Positions 33,867 to 42,861 of a stretch of 61,359 nt of DNA are shown in pieces. The stretch comes from an uncultured Spirochaetales bacterium (GTDB lineage: Bacteria; Myxococcota_A; UBA9160; SMWR01): positions 1 to 61,359 of the forward strand of contig CAZYOL010000003.1 of NCBI GenBank assembly GCA_964649065.1, written 5' to 3'. A model generated the notes under the pieces. That model was not told the DNA's origin. It searched no databases and saw only the letters and a program-made list of their open reading frames with translations. The translations under genes were made by a program, and so were the position numbers. Position 1 is the first letter of the stretch. Each line of letters starts with the position of its first letter.

Positions 33867-36055
33867 TAGCGCAGCGCGATCCAGCCGCGGACGTTGCGTG
33901 GATTGCCCGGCGTGAAGTGGAAGTCGCCGATACCGGCACCGCCGCCGCCAACCGGACAGGCGGGATCCACCCCGAGCTCCCCCGGGGCACAGGACTCGTA
34001 GAAGAACTCGGAGCTCCGCCATCGTGTGTCGGTGAGGTTCTCCACGGACAGGCCGACTTCGAAGAAGCGCCAACGGTATCGCAGGCCCAGATCGAGGACG
34101 GTGTAGCCGGAGAGCTTCGGCTCGGAGAAGTCCTCGCTGGCGACGCGATCGCCCAGGTGCCGCACCCCCAGCTCCGCGGCAAAGCCCTCCCAGCGCACGC
34201 CGACGGCCCCCCGCGCCAGGAAACGCGGCGCCTGGGGCACGGCTCCCCCCGTCTCCACCAGCCGGGCGCTCGTGTAGGCCACGTCCCCCTGGAGGTAGAG
34301 CCACTCGAGGAGGTCCATCCGCGTCACGAACTCGACGCCCAGGCGATTGCTCTCTCCGGCGGATTCCGTCGTGCCCTCGTCGCCCACGAAGACCAGCTCG
34401 TCCTCGAGGTTGAGGAACCAGCCGTCGACGGCCACCTCGATCCGACCGAAGAGCCGGGTCCGGAGCCCCACCTCGGCCCCGGTGGCCCGCGGGAGAGTGA
34501 CTGCCGAAGGATCCGCGAAGACGGCCCGCGCGTCGTTGGAGTGATAGCCGATACCGAAGTTCACGAAGAGCTCGAGCTCGCGGAGCAGGCCCACCCGGCT
34601 CGGCCAGGGAGCGCTCTCGGCAAAGGGCGCGAGGACGAGATTCGCCTTGGGCAGCCAGAGGGTCTCGTTGGTGACGCTGCGCGCCGCGTCGGAACGCAGG
34701 TCCCGCCCCGCAAAGCGGAACCAGGCGAAGCGCAGGCCCAGATCGAATTGCAGCCACTCGAAGGGCCGGAGGCTCGCTTCGAAGTAGGGCTCCAGCGACA
34801 GGGACTTCACGCGATCGTGGTTGCAGGGCAGAGGGTCCTCGACCAGCTCGCGCACGCAGCCACTGAAGCGGCGCTGCGTCTGGGTCCCCAGCAGCACGTC
34901 CACGTCGTCGTAGCGCGTCTCCAGGCCGGCCCGAAGTCGAGCGGGCAGGATGAATTCCGAGAAGTGCAGATACTCGAGGCGCCCTCCCGTGTAGATTCGA
35001 TCCTGGTCGCGCTGGACGATGCCGTCGCCGACGTCCGGATCGCCGTTCACCAGCGCATAGGTGAAGTTCGAGAAGAGATCCAGGTCGTAGTAGGCCAGGT
35101 ACGCGTTCGCCATCAGATGGCCGTTCGGGCTGGGAGACCAGTCGATCTGGAGCTTGCCCTGCGCCCGGGCGCTACGGCCTCCTTCCGTCGGATCGAGGGA
35201 GCCGAAGCGCGAGAGCTCGCCACTCTGCACGAGGCGCTCGGGGATCAGGCCCGACGCATTCCAGTCCGCCCAGTAGCCCAGCGCGTGGCCCGAGAGCCGC
35301 AGCCCCGGGCCCAGGTCCACGCCTCCCTTGGCGAGGATCGAGTAGCGCCAGAGCTCCTCCGGGTTCGAGAAGGGCCCGTCGGTGTGGTAGGCCTCGAAGG
35401 AGAGGAAGCCTTCGGCCGAGCCGTCCTCGCCGAAGGGCCCCCAGCGCGGCGCGAGAGCCCCCACCGCCCGGTAGGTGTCGAACTCACCCACTTCGAACTT
35501 GGCGAAGGATTCCGAGAGCCTCTCGAAGGGCACGTACTCCACCGCGGCCGCCGTCGCGAAATCGCCGAAGCGCGCGAAGTAGGGCCCCTTGAAGGCGTCG
35601 AGTCGCTCGATCGTCTCCTTGCTGACGAAGTGCAGGTCGAGGAAGCCCTGCCCGTGGGCGTGGCTGCGCAGGTTGATGGGGACGCCGTCGAAGTAGACCG
35701 CGAGGTCGGTGCCGTGATCGGCATCGAAGCCGCGGATGAAGTACTGCTCGGCCTTTCCGCCACCGGTGTGCTGTGCCGTCACCAGGCCGGGCACCGCCTC
35801 GAGAAGCTGGCCGCCGCTCTCCAGGGGCCGCAGCTCGAAGTCCTCGGCCGGGATCGTCAGGGTCGAGGAGGCCGTGACCGGCCTGCGTTCGGTGACCGTG
35901 AACTCGTAGGTCTGCGACGTCGGCGGCGCATCGCGCTGCGGTGACGGCGCCTGGCTCTCCGCCTCTGCCGGCTCGCTGGGTTCGGACGCCAGAGCCGTGC
36001 CCGTCGCGACGATCGCGAGCCAGGAGAGCCAGAGCGAGGAGCGCAGAGCCTGCAT
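33863..36055 (-). CDS. TonB-dependent outer-membrane receptor
   Basis: It has a signal peptide and a plug domain (LLEAVPGLVTAQHTGGGKAEQYFIRGFDADHGTDLAVYFDGVPIN). A long beta-barrel region ends in an aromatic C-terminus, WIALRY. Confidence 0.85.
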   Translation of the reverse strand: MQALRSSLWLSWLAIVATGTALASEPSEPAEAESQAPSPQRDAPPTSQTYEFTVTERRPVTASSTLTIPAEDFELRPLESGGQLLEAVPGLVTAQHTGGGKAEQYFIRGFDADHGTDLAVYFDGVPINLRSHAHGQGFLDLHFVSKETIERLDAFKGPYFARFGDFATAAAVEYVPFERLSESFAKFEVGEFDTYRAVGALAPRWGPFGEDGSAEGFLSFEAYHTDGPFSNPEELWRYSILAKGGVDLGPGLRLSGHALGYWADWNASGLIPERLVQSGELSRFGSLDPTEGGRSARAQGKLQIDWSPSPNGHLMANAYLAYYDLDLFSNFTYALVNGDPDVGDGIVQRDQDRIYTGGRLEYLHFSEFILPARLRAGLETRYDDVDVLLGTQTQRRFSGCVRELVEDPLPCNHDRVKSLSLEPYFEASLRPFEWLQFDLGLRFAWFRFAGRDLRSDAARSVTNETLWLPKANLVLAPFAESAPWPSRVGLLRELELFVNFGIGYHSNDARAVFADPSAVTLPRATGAEVGLRTRLFGRIEVAVDGWFLNLEDELVFVGDEGTTESAGESNRLGVEFVTRMDLLEWLYLQGDVAYTSARLVETGGAVPQAPRFLARGAVGVRWEGFAAELGVRHLGDRVASEDFSEPKLSGYTVLDLGLRYRWRFFEVGLSVENLTDTRWRSSEFFYESCAPGELGVDPACPVGGGGAGIGDFHFTPGNPRNVRGWIALRY

Positions 36056-36106
36056 CGCGATTGCGCAGGCTATGCGCGCGCCGCGAGACCGACCAGAGAT
36101 CGGAGT

Positions 36107-37102
36107 TCAGTGCAGGAGCAAGGCCAGCAGGTGCTCGACTCCGTGATGCACCGGATCGGCTAGACCCAGCGCCAGCCCGCCCCCGAGTAGAGAGGCCGCG
36201 ACCCAGCGCAGCGCGGCGTACGGACGGGCAGAGGCCAGCCGGCCGCTCTCCGAGAGGAGCTGCTCGACGCGCTCCGGAACACTGCTGCCGCCGAAGGCGC
36301 AGACCCCGCCCGGGACGCGGCTCCGGCCGAGCAGCCGCTCGGCCGCGAGAATGGCCTCGGCCACGCTCAGGCGGTCGCCCACGCGCTCGGCCGCGCTTGC
36401 GTCGCAGGCCTGCTCGCAGGCCAGGGCGAGATCGGCGAGCAACGGCCGTCGCAGCGCCGCGGGGTACATCCAGGACAGCGCCGCCGCGATCAGCCTCCGC
36501 AATCCGTCGCGCCGGCGCGCATGGGCGCGCTCGTGCTCGATCACCGACTCGAGCCCCGCGCCGTCCAGCCCGGAGACGAAGCCCAGGGAGAGGAAGATGC
36601 GGGGCCGCAGCAGACCCACCGTCACGGAGAGCGGAAGCGCCGCTTCCACGAGCCGCACATCGGGCCGCAGGCGCCCGGTGGAGGCCAGCTCGAGCGAGCT
36701 CTGCAGCCGTCGCGCACGCAGCGCCGCGGCGGCGACGGCGCCGGCGGCTCCCACGAGGGGCACCGCGCCGAGGAGCGAAGCGAGAGCCCAGGCTGGCGGC
36801 AGGGCCCGCGGCAGGTGCAGCAGACACAGGTGGAGATGCCCACCGTGCGAGGGACAGTGGTCTCGCTGGAGGCCGAGGCCCGCCAGGAGCGAGGGGAGCA
36901 GACACAGCCCGAGGAGCAGCGCGGGCAGCACGAGGGGTGCCGCTGCGATGCTCGACAGCCAGCGGGCGCGGGGCGCGGGAGCCAGCCGCCGTAGCGGCGT
37001 GCGGAGCAGCCGGTAGAGCAGCCCCCCCGCCAGCAGGCTGGCCAGGGTGGCGGCGGCGCCCGTGAGAGCCGCCAGCTGCAGAGCGGACAGCCAGCCGCTC
37101 AA
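36107..37102 (-). CDS. M56-family (BlaR1/MecR1-like) membrane metalloprotease/sensor
   Basis: It has multiple TM helices and the HExxH zinc motif in IEHERAHARRRD. There is an unusual His/Cys-rich segment, HCPSHGGHLHLCLLH. The proposed TTG start at 37102 overlaps the repressor stop (TTGA). Confidence 0.7.
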   Translation of the reverse strand: MSGWLSALQLAALTGAAATLASLLAGGLLYRLLRTPLRRLAPAPRARWLSSIAAAPLVLPALLLGLCLLPSLLAGLGLQRDHCPSHGGHLHLCLLHLPRALPPAWALASLLGAVPLVGAAGAVAAAALRARRLQSSLELASTGRLRPDVRLVEAALPLSVTVGLLRPRIFLSLGFVSGLDGAGLESVIEHERAHARRRDGLRRLIAAALSWMYPAALRRPLLADLALACEQACDASAAERVGDRLSVAEAILAAERLLGRSRVPGGVCAFGGSSVPERVEQLLSESGRLASARPYAALRWVAASLLGGGLALGLADPVHHGVEHLLALLLH

Positions 37103-37530
37103 CGTTCCGCCCCTCGTCGCCGTTCGCGGATGCGCCGCTCGAGTGCCGCCAGCGGCTCGTCGCCGCTTCGCTCGAGCAGGTCGACGAAGGCGGACAAGAG
37201 GGTCTCGGCGCCGGCTCCGGGCAGGTCGTGCAGGACCTGCTCGATCGCCTGGGAGAGCCACTCGCCGCGCGAGAGGGTCGCCTCGTAAAGGTAGGCGCGA
37301 CCCTGCTTCGAACGCCGCGCCAGCCCCTTGCGATGCAGGCGCTCGAGGGTCGACTGCACCGTGTTGGAACGGATGCCGCGCGGCTCCCCGACGGCCCGCT
37401 GCATGGCTCGCACGTCCGACGGGCCGTCGGACCACAGTCGGTCGAGGACCGCCCGCTCGAGCGCTCCGAGGGCGAAGGCCTTGGCGCGGAGCACGCCGCC
37501 CAAGATCGTCGTCGAGGCGGGCGATGTCAA
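37099..37530 (-). CDS. BlaI/MecI/CopY-family transcriptional repressor
   Basis: It is a winged-helix penicillinase-repressor type: LGALERAVLDRLW, TVQSTLERLHRKGL, YLYEA. It is co-transcribed with the M56 partner. Confidence 0.8.
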   Translation of the reverse strand: MTSPASTTILGGVLRAKAFALGALERAVLDRLWSDGPSDVRAMQRAVGEPRGIRSNTVQSTLERLHRKGLARRSKQGRAYLYEATLSRGEWLSQAIEQVLHDLPGAGAETLLSAFVDLLERSGDEPLAALERRIRERRRGAER

Positions 37531-37659
37531 GCGGCCCCGAACCGCACCCGTGCCGGAGGACGCCGGCCGATCGACACGACGCGTCTGCAGGCGGTGGCCC
37601 GCTCGGCCGCGACGGCCGGTGGTGATAGCCTGACCGGAAGCTCATCTCGCGACGGAATC

Positions 37660-38535
37660 TTGCCCCTCGACCGCTACGCCCTGGGCTGCCCCTTCTGGGG
37701 CTTCGACGGCTGGAACGGCCGCCTCTACACCCGCGACGCCCGTCCCGCCGACCGGCTGCGGCAGTACGCCCGGGTCTTCAACAGCGTGGAGGGCAACACC
37801 ACCTTCTGGAGCGTCCCCGGCCCGCGCAGAGTGGAGCGCTGGTGCGAGGCCACGCCCGCCGACTTCCGCTTCTGCCTCAAGGTCCCACGCGAGATCACCC
37901 ACGTGCGCATGCTGCGCGAGATCCGGCAGCCCCTGGGAGATTTCGTGCGGGCAATCGAGCCGCTGCGCGAGCGGCTCGGCCCCCTGCTGCTGCAGCTCCC
38001 GCCGAGCTTCGGCCCCTCGCACCTGGCTCGGCTCGAGCGCTTCCTCGACGCTCTTCCCCCGGGCACGGCCTGTGCGGTCGAGCTACGTCACCGCGCCTTC
38101 TTCGACGATCCGTCGCTGGCCGGTCCCTGCGACGAGCTGCTGGCCGAGCGCGGCTGCGATCGCGTCGTGATGGACACCCGGGCCCTGCGCGCCGGAGACC
38201 CGGAGCATCCGGAGGTGCTGGCCGCGCTCCACGAGAAGCCGGACCTGCCGCTGCGCCCCGAGGCGATCGGGGCGCAGCCTCTGCTTCGCTTCGTCGGGCA
38301 TCCGCACGCCCCCACCAATGAGCCCTTCCTCGACGAGTGGGCCCAGCGGGTGGCGGGCTGGATCGCGGAGGGCCGGCACCCCTTCGTCTTCGTCCACACC
38401 GCCAGCAACCGCCGCACGCCCGAGGTGGCGCGCAGCCTGCACCGGCGCATCGCCGCCCGCATCGATGTGGGCGAGCTGCCCGCCTTCCCGGGCGAGGCCG
38501 GAGAGCGCGCGAACGGCCAGCTCCGGCTGCTCTGA
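37660..38535 (+). CDS. DUF72 (UPF0759) family protein
   Basis: It has GCPFWGFDGW, YARVFNSVEGNTTFW, FRFCLKVPREITH and LLLQLPPSF. The start is set to TTG 37660 because there is no in-frame ATG near the N-terminus, so it is uncertain. Confidence 0.7.
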   Translation: MPLDRYALGCPFWGFDGWNGRLYTRDARPADRLRQYARVFNSVEGNTTFWSVPGPRRVERWCEATPADFRFCLKVPREITHVRMLREIRQPLGDFVRAIEPLRERLGPLLLQLPPSFGPSHLARLERFLDALPPGTACAVELRHRAFFDDPSLAGPCDELLAERGCDRVVMDTRALRAGDPEHPEVLAALHEKPDLPLRPEAIGAQPLLRFVGHPHAPTNEPFLDEWAQRVAGWIAEGRHPFVFVHTASNRRTPEVARSLHRRIAARIDVGELPAFPGEAGERANGQLRLL

Positions 38536-38666
38536 GGGCAGCCGAAGGCGCGCTGCGCAGCACCTCGCCGGCTTGGGCCAGCCGGGCCCCGCCTGCCGAC
38601 TCGGGGCCGCCTCGGGGCGAGAGCGGCACCGCTTCGAATCGTCCGCGCTTCTGTACGCTCTTCGGC

Positions 38667-41423
38667 ATGGACGAGCGGAAGCGGGCAAAGGCCGAGACGA
38701 CGCTCCGCTTCCTGATGCGCACGCTGGCGGACGTGCTGAGCTCGACCGGCCACGCAGACGTCGCTCCCCTGCTCCCCTGGCAGGGGCTCTGGGACAATGG
38801 AGGCGAGCCGGTCGCGGCGGGGCAGACCTTCCCCGCCGGGGTCGCCGAGCGCTGCGTGCAGGCCTACTCCCTGGCGCTCCAGCTGCTCGAGGAGGCCGAG
38901 GAGAACGCGACGGCCCAGGACCGGCGGGCCCTCGAGGACGAGGAGCGCCTGGGCGAGGAGTCCGGCTCCTGGGAGCGCAACCTCGCCCTGCTGCGCGAGC
39001 TGGGCCTCGACGAGCCGGCCATCGCAGCGGCCCTGCGCGAGATCCGCGTCGAGCCCGTGCTGACCGCCCATCCCACCGAGGCCAAGCGACAGACGGTGCT
39101 CCAGCACCACCGCGGCCTCTACCGGCGGCTGGTCCAGCTCGAGAACTCGATGTGGACGCGCTCGGAGCGGGCGGAGCTGGAGGCGGAGGTGCGGGCCTGG
39201 ATCGAGCGGCTCTGGCGGACCGGCGAGATCTACCTCGAGAAGCCCGGCCTGGCCGACGAGAGGCGTCAGGTCCTGCACTTCCTGTACCACATCTTCCCCG
39301 AGGTGGTGCTCCGCGCGCAGCAGCGCCTGCGCGCGGCCTGGCGCGGTAGCGGCTTCGATCTCGAGCGGCTCTCGGATCCGGAGGCCTTCCCGCGCGTGGG
39401 CTTCGGGAACTGGGTCGGCGGCGACCGCGACGGACACCCCCTGGTGACGGCCGAGTTCACGGGAGAGACCCTGGAGATCTTCCGCCAGACGGCGCTCGAG
39501 CTGATCGACACGCGCCTCGAGCAGCTCGCCATTCACCTGAGCCTCTCCGAGCGGCGCCAGCCGACTCCGCAGGCCCTGCGGGAGCGCCTGGCGACGTGGT
39601 CCGGCGAGCTCGGCGAGGCCGGGGTCCGCGCGCTCTCGCGCAACGCCGGGGAGCCCTGGCGCCAGTACGTGAACCTGATGCGCGCCGCCCTCCCCTTCGT
39701 CGGCGCGCAGGGGCCCGGCCGATTCCGGCGCGCCTCGGAGCTAGTGGCCGAGCTGCGGCGCCTGGAGAGCTGGCTGGTCGAGGTCGGCGCACAGCAGCTG
39801 GCGCAGTGCGACATCCACCCCATTCTCAGCCTGCTCGGCGCCTTCGGCTTCCACCTCGCGGTGGTCGACGTGCGCCAGAACAGCGCCTTCCACGACCAGG
39901 CACTGAGCCAGCTGCTGCGGCTCGGCGGCGTCGAGGACGGGGAGAGCTACGCCTCCTGGGGGAGCGAGCGGCGCCGCGCGCTGCTCGAGCACGAGCTCGG
40001 CATGCGCAGGCCCCTGGCGCGCACCTCGGACGTCGAGGGGGAGCAGGCGCGGGCCGTGGTGGAGCTCTACCAGCTCCTCGCCGAGCACCGGGCGCGCTTC
40101 GGCGGCGAGGGCCTGGGGGCGCTGATCGTGAGCATGACCCGCAGCAGCGAGGACCTGCTCGGGGTCTACCTGCTGGCGCGGGAGGGCGGCCTGATGGTCT
40201 ACGACCAGAACGGGTCCCACCTGCCCCTGCACGTGGTCCCGCTGCTCGAGACCATCGACGATCTCCAGCGCGGCCCCCAGATCCTCGACGCCTACCTCGC
40301 CCAGCCGCTGGTGCAGCGGAGCCTGCGGAGGCAGGCCGAGGCAGCGGGAATGGAGCAGCCGCTGCAGCAGGTGATGATCGGCTACAGCGACAGCGGCAAG
40401 GACGGCGGCATCGTCGCCAGCACCTGGAGCCTCAACCGCTGTCAACGGGCGCTGGTCGACGTGGGCAAGCGGCACGGCGTTCGGATCCGCTACTTCCACG
40501 GTCGGGGCGGAACCATCGGGCGGGGCGCCGGCCCTACCCATCGATTCGTCCAGGCGCTGCCCCCGGGCGCACTCGCTGGCGACCTGCGGGTCACCGAGCA
40601 GGGCGAGACGATCCGCCGCAAATACGCGAACCCCGTCACGGCCGCCCACCACATCGAGCTGCTGGCCGCCAGCGCCCTCGGCAGCACGGCCCTGGACCGC
40701 GCCGGCCGCTCCGACCCGGTGGAGCTGGTGGCGGCCATGGACGAGCTGTCCCGCACCAGCCGCGAGGCCTACCGCGCGCTCGTGGAGAGCCCGGGCTTCG
40801 TGCCCTTCTTCGAGGGAGCGACGCCGATCGACGCCATCGAGGCGGCGCGCATCGGCTCCCGGCCCCCGCGCCGTCCGGGGGAGCGCAAGCTCACGAACCT
40901 GCGCGCCATCCCCTGGGTCTTCGCCTGGAACCAGGCGCGCTTCGGGTTGCCGGGCTGGTACGGACTCGGCTCCTCCCTGATGGCGCTCCTCGAGCGCGAT
41001 GCCGCGCTCTTCGAGGCGCTGCGCGTGGCCAAGGGGGAGACTCGGCGCTGGCCGCCCTTCCACTACCTGGTGAGCAACGCGGCCACCGCCTGCGCGACGG
41101 CCTCGCGGCCCATCATGGAGCGCTACGCCGAGCTGGCGGCGGCGGTGCCACAGGCGGAGCTCCTCCTGCAGCAGATCCTGGCCGAGCACGAGCGCACCTC
41201 GCTCGCGCTCGCACGCATCTACGGGGCGCCCCTGGCCGAGGCTCGGCCCAGCGTGCACGTCCGCCTGGAGCGGCGCCGGGAGGCCCTCGAGCCGCTGCAC
41301 GGCCACCAGATCGCCCTGCTCCGCGAGTGGCGCCGGGCCGCGGCTCCGGACGCCGAGCGCATCCTCCCGAGCCTGCTGCTGACCATCAACGCGATCTCCT
41401 CCGGCCTGGGCGCGACGGGCTAG
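38667..41423 (+). CDS. ppc: Phosphoenolpyruvate carboxylase
   Basis: The signatures VLTAHPTEAKR and IGYSDSGKDGG, plus FHGRGGTIGRG, are present, with a C-terminus INAISSGLGATG. I trimmed the start to ATG 38667. Confidence 0.9.
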   Translation: MDERKRAKAETTLRFLMRTLADVLSSTGHADVAPLLPWQGLWDNGGEPVAAGQTFPAGVAERCVQAYSLALQLLEEAEENATAQDRRALEDEERLGEESGSWERNLALLRELGLDEPAIAAALREIRVEPVLTAHPTEAKRQTVLQHHRGLYRRLVQLENSMWTRSERAELEAEVRAWIERLWRTGEIYLEKPGLADERRQVLHFLYHIFPEVVLRAQQRLRAAWRGSGFDLERLSDPEAFPRVGFGNWVGGDRDGHPLVTAEFTGETLEIFRQTALELIDTRLEQLAIHLSLSERRQPTPQALRERLATWSGELGEAGVRALSRNAGEPWRQYVNLMRAALPFVGAQGPGRFRRASELVAELRRLESWLVEVGAQQLAQCDIHPILSLLGAFGFHLAVVDVRQNSAFHDQALSQLLRLGGVEDGESYASWGSERRRALLEHELGMRRPLARTSDVEGEQARAVVELYQLLAEHRARFGGEGLGALIVSMTRSSEDLLGVYLLAREGGLMVYDQNGSHLPLHVVPLLETIDDLQRGPQILDAYLAQPLVQRSLRRQAEAAGMEQPLQQVMIGYSDSGKDGGIVASTWSLNRCQRALVDVGKRHGVRIRYFHGRGGTIGRGAGPTHRFVQALPPGALAGDLRVTEQGETIRRKYANPVTAAHHIELLAASALGSTALDRAGRSDPVELVAAMDELSRTSREAYRALVESPGFVPFFEGATPIDAIEAARIGSRPPRRPGERKLTNLRAIPWVFAWNQARFGLPGWYGLGSSLMALLERDAALFEALRVAKGETRRWPPFHYLVSNAATACATASRPIMERYAELAAAVPQAELLLQQILAEHERTSLALARIYGAPLAEARPSVHVRLERRREALEPLHGHQIALLREWRRAAAPDAERILPSLLLTINAISSGLGATG

Positions 41424-41572
41424 CCCGGCGACGCGGGCGCGCCCGGTGGCCGGCGCCGAGGACTCGCCCTGGGAGAAGGCCGACAAGGCCCACGCCGCCC
41501 GAGCGTTTCGACGCCGGCGCCGATGTCGCATACTGCGCCCGCGCGCTTCGCGCCGAAAAGGGGGGCCTCGTC

Positions 41573-42328
41573 TTGGGCACGGAGGGTTCCGGAGCGTCCC
41601 GCGCCGGAGGAGGAGATTTCCACAACGAGGACTCCTTCCTCGTCGAGGAGGGCCTGGGCCTCTACGTGGTGTGCGACGGCGCCAGCGGCACGCCTGCCGG
41701 CGAGATCGCATCGCGCACCGCTGCAGCAGCCCTCGAGGACTTCATCGAGCGCGCCGAGGACGCGCTCGACTTCCGCGGCGAAGGCGTGGCCCGCGCGGTC
41801 GTAGAGCGGGCCATGGCCCATGCGATGAACGCCGTCGCGGAGGCGGAGCAGTCGGACGCCGAGCTCCGCGGACTCGCGACGACCGTCACCATGCTGCTGT
41901 CCCACGGCCGCCTCGGGGTGATCGGACATCGCGGCGACAGCCGTGCCTACCTCGTCCGGCGCCATCGCGCGCGTCAGCTCACGGTCGACGACGAGCTGAC
42001 CCGGGCCAGCACCAACGGCTGGGAGCAGGCCGTGGCCTTCGACGTCTTCTCCCTCGAGCTTGAGCCGGGCGACACCCTGATCCTGTGCACCGACGGCGCC
42101 GAGGAGGTCGTACAGGACGAGGCGATCCAACGGATCGCGGGCGACGTTTCTCCCCCGCTGCTCGCCTCGCGCATCGTGAGCGCGGCGAACCGCCGAAACC
42201 CGGAGCAGGACGCGACGGTCGTCGTGGTCCGCGTGAAGCCCGACGCGGAGCCAGGCTGGCTGGAGCTGTCGGGCACCCCCTCCCGAACGACCTTCGGCCA
42301 CACGATACCCGCCCTCGGCGGCGCCTAG
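41573..42328 (+). CDS. PP2C-family Ser/Thr protein phosphatase
   Basis: It has NEDSF, YVVCDGASG, HRGDSRAYL, LCTDG and DATVVVV. The TTG start at 41573 is preceded by GAAAAGGGGGG, and the start is uncertain. Confidence 0.7.
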   Translation: MGTEGSGASRAGGGDFHNEDSFLVEEGLGLYVVCDGASGTPAGEIASRTAAAALEDFIERAEDALDFRGEGVARAVVERAMAHAMNAVAEAEQSDAELRGLATTVTMLLSHGRLGVIGHRGDSRAYLVRRHRARQLTVDDELTRASTNGWEQAVAFDVFSLELEPGDTLILCTDGAEEVVQDEAIQRIAGDVSPPLLASRIVSAANRRNPEQDATVVVVRVKPDAEPGWLELSGTPSRTTFGHTIPALGGA

Positions 42329-42351
42329 CCGAACCATCCTCGTGTCTCCCG

Positions 42352-42798
42352 TCAGGCGACGGGATCGAGCACCACCACCGGGATCGTGCGCTCCCCCGCG
42401 TTCTGCTGGTACTGGTCGTAGGGCGGGTAGATCTCCGCCATCTGCCGCCAGAGCCGCTCGCGCTCCTCCCCCTCCGCGACACGGGCCCGCGCCGTGACGC
42501 GCCTGGGCCCCACCATGAGCTCGCAGTCGGGGTTGGCCTCCAGGTTCAGGAACCAGATCGGATGGCTCGGCAGCCCGCCCTTCGAGGCGATGATCACGTA
42601 GCCGCCGCCCGCCTCGCCGTAGATCAGCGGCAGGGAACGCTTCTCGCCCGACTTGCGGCCGACCGTCGTGAGCAGCAGGGTCGGGAGCACGCCCGGCCCG
42701 CCCAGCGGCGTGGAGTCCCACATGTGGGCCTTCTCGGGATCGGTCCGGTAGAGCTCGATGTGCTGCTTGATCCAAGGAATCTCGGCGAAGTTGGCCAT
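42352..42798 (-). CDS. Deazaflavin (F420H2)-dependent nitroreductase-family oxidoreductase (DDN/PNPOx-like)
   Basis: It has LLLTTVGRKSGEKRSLPL, IIASKGGLPSHPIWFLNLEANP, GEERERLW and ERTIPVVVLDP, all typical of the DDN family. Confidence 0.8.
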   Translation of the reverse strand: MANFAEIPWIKQHIELYRTDPEKAHMWDSTPLGGPGVLPTLLLTTVGRKSGEKRSLPLIYGEAGGGYVIIASKGGLPSHPIWFLNLEANPDCELMVGPRRVTARARVAEGEERERLWRQMAEIYPPYDQYQQNAGERTIPVVVLDPVA

Positions 42799-42861
42799 CA
42801 CACCTCCTGCTGCGAGCCGTTATAGCGGCCGCAGCCGCCGGCCTCTAGTCGGGCTCCGTGG

